Part shown: positions 25,201 to 35,842 of the stretch, one piece after another
Position numbering within the stretch: the stretch's first letter is position 1
Layout: each line of letters starts with the position of its first letter
NCBI GenBank assembly: GCA_002269645.1
Contig: NIVC01000262.1
Coordinates: forward strand, 124,001-188,000
Source of the DNA: Macrostomum lignano
Taxonomy: Eukaryota
DNA length: 64,000 bases
Direction of reading: 5' to 3'
Made by a program: the position numbers and the translations under genes
Notes under the pieces: model-generated
Databases searched by the model: none
What the model saw: only the letters and a program-made list of their open reading frames with translations
Told to the model about the DNA's origin: nothing

Positions 25201-27719
25201 TTGTGGTGCCGTACAACCCTGTGTTGTTGCGCGAATTTCGTTCGCATATCAACGTGGAAATTTGCTGCTCTGTCAAAGCTATCAAGTACGTTCTGAAGTA
25301 CGTCAATAAGGGCCCTGACATGTCTGTTTGTGGTGTTCGATCTTGTGACGAAATTGAAGCTTATCTGGTGGCACGGTACATTGGACCATGCGAAGGAGTG
25401 CAAATGATTCTCGGCATGGACATCCACAGCCGGTTCCCGCCTGTTGTGCCGCTGTGTGTGCATCTCAGGAATGAGAACAAGGTGTTCTTTACTGAAGACA
25501 CTGCTATGGAGAAAGTGGCTCGACCGCCAAAAAGCAAGCTCACCGCGTTCTTTGATCTGTGCAGCCAGGATGAGTACGCGCAGAGAGTGCTGTACACGGA
25601 AGTTCCGCAGTTTTACACCTGGAATCAATCTGGGAAGCAATGGAAACGACGTCTAAATGGTGCCCGTCTGAAAGACCAAGATGCTGTGAAGCAATATCCA
25701 AGCATTGGTCGAATGTACACAGTGAGCCCAAGAGCCGGTGACGTGTTTTACCTGCGGCTCGCTCTGCTTTATGTGAGGGGCCCTGTGAGTTTCGAAGATT
25801 TGCGAACCGTCAGCGGAGTTCTGCATTCTTCCTACCGAGATGCGTGCAAAGCACTGGGATTGTTAGAAGATGACCAGCATTGGCGCCTGTGCATGGAAGA
25901 AGCTGTGGAGACACAAATGCCTGCGGCGCTCAGGTGCCTGTTTTCCGTCATTCTCGTGCACGGTGATGCAGTTGACACTCTGGACCTGTGGAGAAGATTT
26001 CGAACGGCAATGGGTGAAGATTTTGCGTACCGCTACAAGCTGGATGACCAAGATGAAGTGGATGACGGAGTTCTGGCTGATCTGGCGCAACGCAGTGTGG
26101 CAATGGTGGAATGCACTTCATCGATGCTGCTGGCGGAACTGGAAAGAGCTACCTGCTGGAGCTGCTGCTGGCTGCTGGCGTGCGGTCCCGCGGTGAGCTG
26201 GCCATGGCGGTGGCGAGCACAGGCATCGCGGCGACCCTGCTGCCCGGAGGCCAAACTGCGCATTCGGCGTTCAAGATTCCGGTTTGCTTGGTGAGACCGG
26301 AAATGAGCTTCTGCGCCATCGGCAAGCAAACTGCTCTGGCTGAAAAGTTGCACCGCACAAGGTTGATTGTGTGGGATGAGGCTGCCATGACGCATAGAAG
26401 GGATATGGAGACGGTGGAAAGAAGCCTGAGAGACCTGGTTGCTGACAACCAGGCCTAACAACCAGGCCTTTCGGTGGTCTGGTTGTTGTGCTGGCTGGTG
26501 ACTTTAGACAGCTGCTGGCTGTTGTCAAGGGCGGCACTGCAGCGAATACTGTGGAGACCTGCATCAACCAGAGTCCGCTGTGGCGTGGATTTAGACAGCA
26601 TCGGCTGACTCGGAATTTGCGACTCCTGACCGATGGCGAAGATTCTGCATCTGCTCGATACGCAGAGTTTTTGCTGCAGGTAAGCTTTTTCGGCATCCAC
26701 CCTATTGTCATCGATTTTTGTAATAGTGAAATTTGCAGACCAGTAGTTTAATTTAGGTCGGTGAGGGTCGCCTGCCTGAAGATGACGAAGGCAACGTGCA
26801 GCTGCCAGCGGAGATCTGCATGCCAGATGGAGCGCAGACCAGCGATCTGATTGGCGAGGTTTTCCCGAGCTTCGAGCAGACGGCTGAGCGGGAGCGCATG
26901 TTCGAGTCAAGGGCTATTCTGGCTCCGCACAACAAGACGGTGGACGAGATCAACGAGGCCTGCATGGCTCTGTTTCCTGGAGACGCTGTCGAGTACCGGT
27001 CCTTTGACTCGGTGCCGAATGACGAAGAGGCGGTGACCGTGTTCCCCAGCGAGGTGCTTAACGGCCTGAACCCACCTGGACTGCCGCAGCACCTACTCAG
27101 GCTGAAGGTCGGAGTGCCTGTGATGCTGCTGAGGAACGTGCATCCACCCAGGCTCTGCAACGGCACCAGGCTGATCGTAGCGAAGATGCAGCCCAACGTC
27201 CTGGTGTGCCAGATCGCCTCTGGTGCCTTCAAGGGCGAGGTTGTGATGCTGCCGCGAATCGGCCTGGAGCCCAGCGCTGCGGATCTCCCGGTACAGTTCA
27301 GGCGGTTGCAGTTTCCGGTGCGTTTGTGCTTCGCCATCACTATTCACAAGAGCCAAGGTCAATCTCTTGATGCTTTTGGTATGCATTTAGGTATGTCTTG
27401 CTTTCAGCACGGCCAGCTGTATGTGGCGCTAAGCCGTGCAAAAAACTATGGAAAAGTGAAAGTGATTGCCAATGGAAGGCGAACAAGAAATGTCGTATTG
27501 AAAGCTGTGCTGACAATGTAGTTAACTTTTTCGTCATTCGTCACTCTGCCTTTGTTTTTTCATTGTTCGACTGAGTGGTTTGAAGGAATTAAAATATAAA
27601 ATAAAAATATATGTTCGCATCATTGAAATCAAAATATATATGGTGACGTCTTCGTTTGTTTCTTTGGTGGTACTTCCATCGCTTTTTCTTGCGATCATTT
27701 ATGAAGAAGAAATTTTGTA

Positions 27720-27726
27720 ATTCTGC

Positions 27727-27764
<38 letters not shown>

Positions 27765-28318
27765 ACATCGTGCTTTTTTGTGTTTAGCATTTTGTGTTTT
27801 TAGGTGTTTTAATAAAAAAATCTTTTTGCACTACTACTCGTAAGATTCGAACCCAGGTCGAACAACGAGGCCTGCATGGCTCTGTTTCCTGGAGACGCTG
27901 TTTCCTGGAGCGTCTCCAGGAAACAGCAAATCATTGACAAAAGATAGCATAGATGCGAACAGACTGGACTGCTAATGCCGCATCTGCAAAAGAAATTCAA
28001 ATGCCGCATCTGCATTAGCAGTCCAGTTTGTTCGCATCTATGCTATCTTTTGTCAATTGGAGAACATGAATTGTGGCCCTTATAATTCAATTCTTATAGC
28101 AATTCGGTTAGAGTAAGAAGTTATGACATACTCGTAATCAATTTCTCAGTCAGCCAGTATCAGTGTCAATTTAAGTTAGCAATATGGTTACGCAATTTAA
28201 ATCAAGTCGTGTGTGCATTTCTTCGACACTGTTTTCAACTTGTTGTGATGCAATCTTTATCAGAATTGAAATTCAGTCAGCACGCACGCACGAATACAGC
28301 GCAAAATTAGTATATAGA
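27720..28318 (-). mobile_element. Inverted 5' fragment of a non-autonomous derivative of the same Helitron family, nested between RepHel and RPA genes
   Basis: Minus strand begins TCTATATACTAATTTTGCGCTGTATTCGTGCGTGC, identical to 20367. Continues into the backbone seen at 35600-35840 and 45000-45320, and ends in (CAGA)n. No 3' end. Confidence 0.85.
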
Positions 28319-28944
28319 AAGAAAAGATATTACGGGTTCCTTTCTAGAATATTCTAGAACGAAAGGAAAATCCAAGGTGCGTACATAATATATAATACAT
28401 ACGTACGTTTAATACACAGCTGTATATGGCAGTTAAAAGTGAAATGTACGTGCTCTGAGAGTCAACTTTATTGGCACTAAGTCTTAGAGCGCCTTGCAGC
28501 TGGCCAGGCGGGGGTCAATTGGCTGGGGGTGGCAGTGAGATGAATCAGCGTCTGGTGTTAGCTGTATAGCTGTATTATTACTTGCTGTGTGGCCCATAAG
28601 GATTTGGGTATGGGTAAGTATGGGGGTTTTCTGATTTGCTGGAAGCTCAAATCTTATTTTATTCTGTTAACCATTTGTTTGCCGAGCTAACTGCCCAGAA
28701 ATTCAAATCAAGTGTACCAAATAATTTACTTAAATTGGCACTCACGGCAGTCTTTCATCTGTTATTCATCTCGTTCTCGAGTTTGCAATATTTATCAGCG
28801 ATCATTTTCTCGTAAGTTAAACTTATTTTTTGTTGCTTAAAGGGCAAAATTTTGAATCGGTGCATACATGTAGTCTTTTTCAGCATCGAATTTATTAAGT
28901 ATATTAATTGATTTTATTGTCAATTTTCCAATCAATTTCAAGAA

Positions 28945-30140
28945 ATGGCCACCGGTACCGATTACGCGAGCGAGTCCCAGCGTCCGAAGCTGTCCATCGA
29001 AGGCTTGCGGCTGGGCCCTATGCAAGGTTCTGTTACTGGCCGAGTGATTAAAGAGCCCTGCAATGTTTCGGACTTTAAAAGCAAAGGAGGCAAAGCGCAG
29101 GTGTTCTCCTTTGTTCTGGGAGACGAGACTGCCGAAATTCGGGTCAGTGTGTTCGGCAAAGAGGTACGGCCACTGCATGACATCTGCAAGAGCGCCCAGG
29201 TTGTTCGCATTGCTGGCGGGTTTGTGAAGTCGTCACATCCAACCTACAACAGAACTGACAACAAGTTGGAGGTGTCCCTGTCTATGGATTCCAAAGGCAG
29301 TATCGTTTTAAGCAATGAGTTAGTGAGCTCTCGTCAAGTTGAGTTCACAGACATTTTCGAATTAGGCAATTTGGCTTCGAAGAAGTAAGCAAATATTATA
29401 TGCTAATTTTTGTATTCAATGGGCAATAAAAATATTGCTGAATTTATAAATTTATTATCCAAATTCGAATTTTACAGGCTTGTAAATGTGTCGGGGGTGA
29501 TAACCGCTGTCACACCGAGAAAAGAAGTCCAGAAGAAGGACCAGAGCATGGTTGCCTTAAGTAAGGTGACCCTGGTGGACAGTTCAAAGTCGTCCGTGGA
29601 ATGCGCATTCTGGGGCGACAAAGCTGACCAGGTTCAATGGTGGTCCATCGGCGACATTCTGGAGATCAGAAGAGCTGCGATGCATGAATATGCCGGGATG
29701 GTGACGCTAACCTGCACGGAAGCTAGAAAATGCGACTCTGATGATTACAAATCGTTGAGCAAGTGGTTTGATGAAGCCCAAAAAGAGGAACTAGGGTTCT
29801 CTCCCGTTATGGCGTCGCAGTCCATGATGGAACAGCAGTCGCAAACACATCAGCCTGACAGTACAAGGGTTTTGGTCTATGAGCATCCACCAGAAGCTCT
29901 GCAGCACTACGGGAGTGTTGAGCAGATCCAGCTACGATTTGGAGAAATATCGGTAAGCATTATTTAATTGCTATTTATATAATAAAAAAGTAATTCATTT
30001 AACAAGTCAATTTGTATATATTTACCGAACTCCTTTTGTTACAGTTAACATTCAATCGAAATGAACAGCAGCCAGTGACCAGCACTCCAGAGCCATCAAC
30101 TAGGCGTAAGCAGAATCAAGATTCAACTTATTTAGTGTGA
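28945..30140 (+). CDS. RPA1/RPA70-like single-stranded DNA-binding protein (two OB folds), 3 exons, ~336 aa, apparently intact
   Basis: Exons 28945-29384, 29478-29952 and 30045-30140 join in frame (GTAAGC..TACAG introns). OB motifs VFSFVLGDETAEIRVSVFG and VNVSGVI..LVDSS..VECAFWG resemble RPA1 DBD-A and DBD-B. Confidence 0.78.
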
Positions 30141-30390
30141 GTGAATTCATAGAAAGCCCGTGAAACTCTTGCGATGTTTGTGATATTGTGAGTCACATAG
30201 AGGCTTTTTTTGCTCAACTGAGTGGTTTGAAGGAATTAAAATATAAAATATAAATATATAATATGTTTGCATCATTAAAATCAAAATATAAATATAGATA
30301 CTGACAGTCTTCGTTTGGTTCTTTGGTGTTTTTTATCTTTCGATTATTTTTTATTATGAAATTTTTGGAATCTAATCTATGGGTCTTAAC

Positions 30391-30990
30391 CATAGATCTT
30401 ATATTCTCTAGATATGCCACTCTCGGTGCATTCAATAGGAAAAGACCGACCACGCGAATTGCAAGAAAAATTTATTTAAGCCGACAGCGTTTGAGAAAGT
30501 CTGAGGTCAGTAGCTTAAAGGGACATAGACATATTTCTTTCGTGGTTACAAGAATATTCGCAACAGACACAAAGTCACTGGTCGTCGCGACCTTGCGCTT
30601 TGCTATCAAACAAATGGGCGAAAGAGCGCTGAATTCGGGGCTGCAGCATACATAAATTGCCACCACAAACAAGTAATTGAGTCAAAATGTCGCTGCACAA
30701 CTTCCCTAGAAGTGGCTCTGCTGCTCAGAAGTGGATTAAAGCGTTAAGCAACCCTGAAGTCGATCTCCTTTCAGTCATAGGATTCAGGCACAGCCTTTTT
30801 CCGAAACAAGGGCTACACGGACTGCAAGCAAATATGGCTTGCGCCTGCCATCTAATTATTAAAAAAAACCATTAATACGCACACAAGCTACTGACCTGAT
30901 ATCGTGGTCGCAAAATCTTCAAGAAAGACGAAGGCTCTATGGGTGTGCTTATGGTCGTGAGTGGCTTATCTAGGGAATATAAGATCGATG
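30391..30990 (+). mobile_element. 600-bp internally deleted P-element-like DNA transposon with THAP remnant
   Basis: 32-bp TIRs CATAGATCTTATATTCTCTAGATATGCCACTC / GAGTGGCTTATCTAGGGAATATAAGATCGATG (3 mismatches) and perfect 8-bp TSD GTCTTAAC (30383-30390, 30991-30998). Internal SLHNFPR..QKW..CACH resembles THAP motifs. Confidence 0.85.
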
Positions 30991-31422
30991 GTCTTAACTA
31001 TGCATTGGGGGTATTAATAAGCCGACTGAATTTAATTATTGATGCTTAAAAGAAGGAGGAATTTGTCTTCCTATGGAGTCATTTGTCATAGGTGAATGAG
31101 TTTTCTTTTTATTGCTACAGTATTTTAAGTGATAGACAAATAGGTATTTGTATTTCAAATTATTTATTTATTTCCATTAGTCCATGTTTTTACTAATACA
31201 TGTTGAAACTTCTATTTTTTTAATAGTGCCCCAAAGGGGGCTCAGTATGCTAGTCTCTCCTCATATCGGATTCAAAGTGCAACTACAAAAGGTTTTTTAA
31301 AAATGAAAGTTACCACAAATAAATATTGCAAAGAAAAACATTATTCAACAAAATGTTACTGATTATAGTGCATTAGATAGAGAATGACAATCTTTTCGCA
31401 TGCTCGCGACGCAAAAGCAAAA

Positions 31423-34400
31423 TCAAAGCGCACCCAAAGCGACCCGCTTCAGGTCGGTGCAGTGCCGCCTGCAAACTCTGGCGCCCTGCCGAATGGTCAA
31501 CGAGTCGCCCTTGACCTTCTCGACCAGCCAGGGTGCCCACTCGAACGAAGTCTCGCCCTTGAGCGGATTTAGTCGGCGCCGCAGCACTGTGTCGCCGACT
31601 TTGAGACCGTGCGGTCTCGCCTGCCGTTGCTTGTGGGTGTAGCGCTTGCCCTTTGCCTTGCTGCTGGCGTCCTGCTGTCGGAGCCTCCTGTCCGCGATGG
31701 CCACCGGTCTCGACGGCTTGACTGACGGGATGGCGTCGTTTGGGACGCGCACGGCTGGTGCCCGGTTGGTGGTTCGCTGCGGCGTGCAACGGTAGGCCAC
31801 TTGTCAAGGGCCGCCCTCCAGTCGCGCTTCTAGGCAATGGCAGCTCGTACAATCTTATTGATGAAGCGGTTCAGGCGCTCGGTGATGCCGTTGGCCTGCG
31901 GATGCAGCGGTGTGATGAGACGCTTCCGGATTCCGTAGCTGTCCAGAAAGACTTTGAACTGGGCCGAGGAGAACGGCGGGCCGTTATCGGTGACCAGTAC
32001 CTGCGGGATGCCGAATCTGGCGAACGAATTCCTCAGCTTGGGAATCAGCGCTTCGGCCGTTGTGGCCTGGACGATCTCGACTTCAGGGAAGCGCGAGTAA
32101 TGGTCGACGCAGACGAGCAGCATGCTGCCTTGAATGGGGCCTAGCAGGTCTGCCCCTAGTGTTAGCCATGCAGCTTTCGGGATCGGCGTCGGCTTCAGCG
32201 GCGCCGCGGTCACGTCGGCCGCGTGCGACGTTGCTGCACAGGCTCGGCACGCACGCACAAAGAGCTCCGCTTCTGTCTGCATCCGCGGCCACCAGACTTT
32301 GGTGTTCAAACGGTCAACCGTCTTGCGCATGCACTGATGACCGCGGTGTGCCAGGTCCAACACAAGGCGCCGAAGCGCCGTTGGAACTACGATCCGCTGG
32401 CCCCGCAGGAGCACGCCGTCCGCTGCCGATAGCTCGTCCCGTAGGGCGTGAAGCGATCGCATCTCCGCCGACTCGAGGCTCAATCGTCCTGTCTCCAGCG
32501 ATCAAATAGCTGCTTGAATTGTTGCATCTTGCAGCGAACTCTCTTGCACTGAGGACAGCGACAGCGCATTCGGTATGGCCGCCTGGACAATTGCAGCAAT
32601 GCAGAGGGTGTCGAGCTCCTCACCGACATTTCTTCCTTGTGTTGGCAGCGGCTGCCGGCTCAGCACGTCCGCTGGGTTTAGTGGTCCAGGCTGGTCTTCG
32701 ACTGTGAATTTCATGTGCTGAATGCGCAGCGCCATTCTTTCGATCCTCGGGGGAGGCCTTGAGCCGCTGCTGAACAATGCGATGAGCGGCTTGTGGTCCG
32801 TCACCACCGTAAATGTCGGGGCGCTGTGGAGATAGTACTGAAATTTTAAGCAGCCGTATTTGACGGCCAGCGCCTCCTTCTCAGTCTCGGAGTAGCGCTG
32901 CTCGACACCGGACAGCGTCCGGCTGGCGTACGCGACGGGCCGGTTGGTGCCGTCCGCTTGCGTCTGCGTTAGGATCGCGCCCAGGCCCGCTGGGCCGGCG
33001 TCGACGATGAGTTGCGTCGCTAGGCGGTGGTTGAAGAAGGCGAGGGTGCCGCTGGCCGCAATCCGGGTCTTGACGTCACCGAAAGCTCGTTTCTCGAGGT
33101 CGGTCCATGCCCAGGGCTCGCCTTTCCTAGTCAGATTGCGCAGCGGCCTCGCTACGTCCGCCAGCCCGGGGGTGAATGAGGCCAGATAGTTGACCAGGCC
33201 TAGGAACGAGCGCACCTCTGTGGCGGTCTTTGGCTCGGCAAATGCATGGATGGCCTCCAGCTTGGACTGGGTTGGTCTGAGCCCTTCACGAGACAGCCGC
33301 ATCCCCATAAACGTGACCTCGGTACGGGCGAGCTTGCATTTTAACGGATTTAGCGTCAGCCCGTGCTGTGCAAGTCGTCGCAGACATGCCTGCAGGTTGC
33401 TGTGGTGCTCCGCCACGCTATGCTCATACACGATGATGTCGTCGTGAATCCATTTTACTTTCGGGAGTCCAGCTAGCACGGATGACATTCCTGGGCCGCA
33501 GACAGTTCCATACAGAGCCGTGTCAGCCGCCGCAGGCCTCGTGGCGTCGAAAAAGTCAGAAGATGGCAGCATTCGTCGGCGACTGGGATTTGATAAAATG
33601 CCTTCTCAATGTCGAGCTCTCTGACTCTCTCTCTCGTCACCTCCTCGAATGTCGGGATGGGATGCCGCTCTCTAATGACCGACTTGTTCAGGTCTCTCAA
33701 GTCCTGCGTAATCCTGATCTCGCCTGGAGTCTGCTTGGGAACGACGACGATGCGAGCTACCCACTGACAGGGGCCTTCAACCGGCTCGATGATGCCTTGG
33801 TCCTCGAGGCACTGCAGCTTGTCATCGACTGCCTGTGCGAGATGTATTGGCACCCTTGATGGGGAATGACAGACCGGCCTGGCTCCCTCTTCTAGGAAGA
33901 TGCGGGCGGCATAGTTTTGAGCCTGCCGATTCCGCCGAAGACTTGTGCGTTCTCCGTCAGGAGTTCGTCCAGGGCCGGTGCCCCCGGCGCATGTAGGACT
34001 TCCTTTGGGATCCCTGCTAGCATGCTGTCCAGCGAGACCTCGGGAGACGGACGCAGCTGGCATGCCACCTTGTTCTCCGGTCCGACTCGCAGAATCTGAA
34101 GTCTTTCAGCGCTACTCCGGCCAATGATGCAAGCGCCCTCACCGTCGAGCACCAAGAACGGTAGTGTCTCATGGATCTCTAACACGCTGACTTACAGGTC
34201 TGCCTTGCCCAGCAGTCTCAGTGGCTCTTGGCTTCCGTACGGGTAGACCTTGTCGCTGGCGGGCTGCAGCGCGGCTTTTTGCGGCATCCAGTTGTAGGCT
34301 GCCCTGTCGATGATGTTGCAGGCCGCGCCGCTGTCGATGAGCACATTTGTCTTGAGCGCGTTAATGGTCGCAGGCGTCCAAGCTGAGCCGCAGTTCCGCA

Positions 34401-35351
34401 GGGTGAATAGCTCGTGCTCGACGAGGTCGTCCTGCAGATATTCGATTCGTCCTGGCGGAGCGTCTTCCTGCGGTTCGTTAACGGTCCTCAGAGGGACTTT
34501 AGCTGCTCTTCGACACGCCCGAGCGAAATGACCCATCTTTCCGCAGCGTCGACATGCCTTGTTGCGGGCTGCCTCGCACGTCCGATGCCCTGGCCGCCCG
34601 CAGCGATCGCAGTTTATGCCGCTGTCTTGCCGCGGCAGCCGGCCTGGTTGAATGCGATGGTTGGTTACGAGGTGGGCGCAGCGCCCCCACATTCGAAGCG
34701 GCAGGATGGCCCGTGTCGGCTGCGGTGCCGATCTCCATGGCCTGGGCCTGCTGCTCCGCTGTCTCCCTCGCTCGGATTCGCTTCATAACGTCGTCCAAGG
34801 AGACATCGTTGAGCTGCAGGAGTTCCCTCCTGATCCTCTCGGAGCGGTAATGAGCCACGATCTTGTCCCTGATGAGCGAGTCTCGGAGTTCGCCGAATGT
34901 GCATTGGTCCGCAGCCTTGCGTAGCCGATGGTACGAGGCCTCAATTGACTCTCCTTCCTCCTGCCGGCAGATTTCAATTTGGTACCTGAGGAAGACAACG
35001 CTGTTCTTTTGGTCGAAGATTCCCTGCAACTCTTTGATGAGCTCCTCGGCGGACTCTCCTTTCTTCACGCCGTTATCGTCCATGAAGTCTTCCAGCTTCT
35101 CGCCTGCTGTGTAAACTAAGAGTTCCAGCTGCTGTGTCGCATCTGTGATGCCGGCTGTGCGTTTCTAGCTGTTGAACCTTCGCTTCCATGTTTTCCATCG
35201 CTGAGCTCTTGTCAGAGAATCGCCTTCGAGGTCAAAGACGTCTGGTGCCGCGAGTTGCAGGGCTTGTGCCATATTTGCTGAATCACCGGTCGTTATCGGT
35301 GCGCAGGGGGTGGGCCTCACTGAGAGTTTGCTTGCGACGCCATGTAATGAC
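31423..35351 (-). mobile_element. Decayed Ty3/Gypsy LTR retrotransposon internal region (gag with two CCHC knuckles, protease, RT, RNase H, integrase); LTRs essentially absent
   Basis: CDRCGRPGHRTC and CRRCGKMGHFARAC, LIDSGAACN, WIHDDIIVY, IVDAGPAGLG..TDHKPL, H..H..CRAC, VTDNGPPF, NGITER in PR-RT-RH-IN order. Several stops and frameshifts. PBS-like TGGCGTCGC at 35342-35334 after a 9-bp ..TACA LTR remnant. Confidence 0.92.
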
Positions 35352-35842
35352 TCAGATGGCTCAACCAATTTTCTTTAAACTTTCACCATTCGATCAGAAA
35401 TTTTCCTGACACGGTCCATGCATCTTGGCTAAGAAATTGCTCAATGTTAAAGGGATTAAATATTCGAAAAACATGCTTTTTTGCAAAGGTCAAGCAAAAT
35501 TTTCGACTTGAAATGCATTGTAAGAATGCTAGAGAAAAACCTGACTGACTGAATTTCAATTCTGATAAAGATTGCATCACAACAAGTTGAAAACAGTACC
35601 GAAGAAATGCACACACGACTTGATTTAAATTGCGTAACCAATATTGCTAACTTAAATTGAGACTGATACTAGCTGACTGAGAAATTGATTATGCCATAAC
35701 TTTTTAGTCTAACCGACTTGCTGTAAGAATTGAGTTATAAGGGCAGCTATTCATGTTCTCCAATTGAAAAGAGATAGCCTACGAGCGTAGATGCGAACAG
35801 ACTGGACTGCTAATGTAGCGACCTGGGTTCGAATCTTAGTAG

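Larger units (their letters stand above)
21138..27521 (+). pseudogene. Spliced Helitron RepHel transposase (charged N-terminal repeats - OTU - Zn-binding - HUH Rep - PIF1 helicase), disrupted
   Basis: Inferred exons: 21138-21577, 21751-22263, 22454-~22590 (uncertain), ~23050-23621, 23752-24515, 24653-24995, 25199-26679, 26757-27521, with phase-compatible GT-AG junctions for the well-defined ones. Motifs CPRCGALKW..CCCNGKV, GRRLFQQY, EYQKR/GLPHVH, KYVLKYVNKG, GGTGKS, WDEA, GDFRQ, LLQ/VGEG, TIHKSQGQS. A frameshifting deletion at ~26090 and a duplication with frameshift and stop at ~26450 break it. Confidence 0.9.
20367..31253 (+). mobile_element. Formerly autonomous Helitron (~10.9 kb) carrying OTU-RepHel and RPA1-like genes
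   Basis: 5' TCTATATACTAA followed by (GCGT)n and a conserved backbone. 3' hairpin GCCCC-AAAG-GGGGC then TCAGTATGCTAG|T (CTAG 31250-31253). RepHel coding exons inside. Confidence 0.85.

Noticed and set aside
31254-31420. TC after the autonomous element's CTAG as the start of another Helitron
   Set aside because: T is required by the target and C can be chance; no TATACTAA motif or backbone follows.
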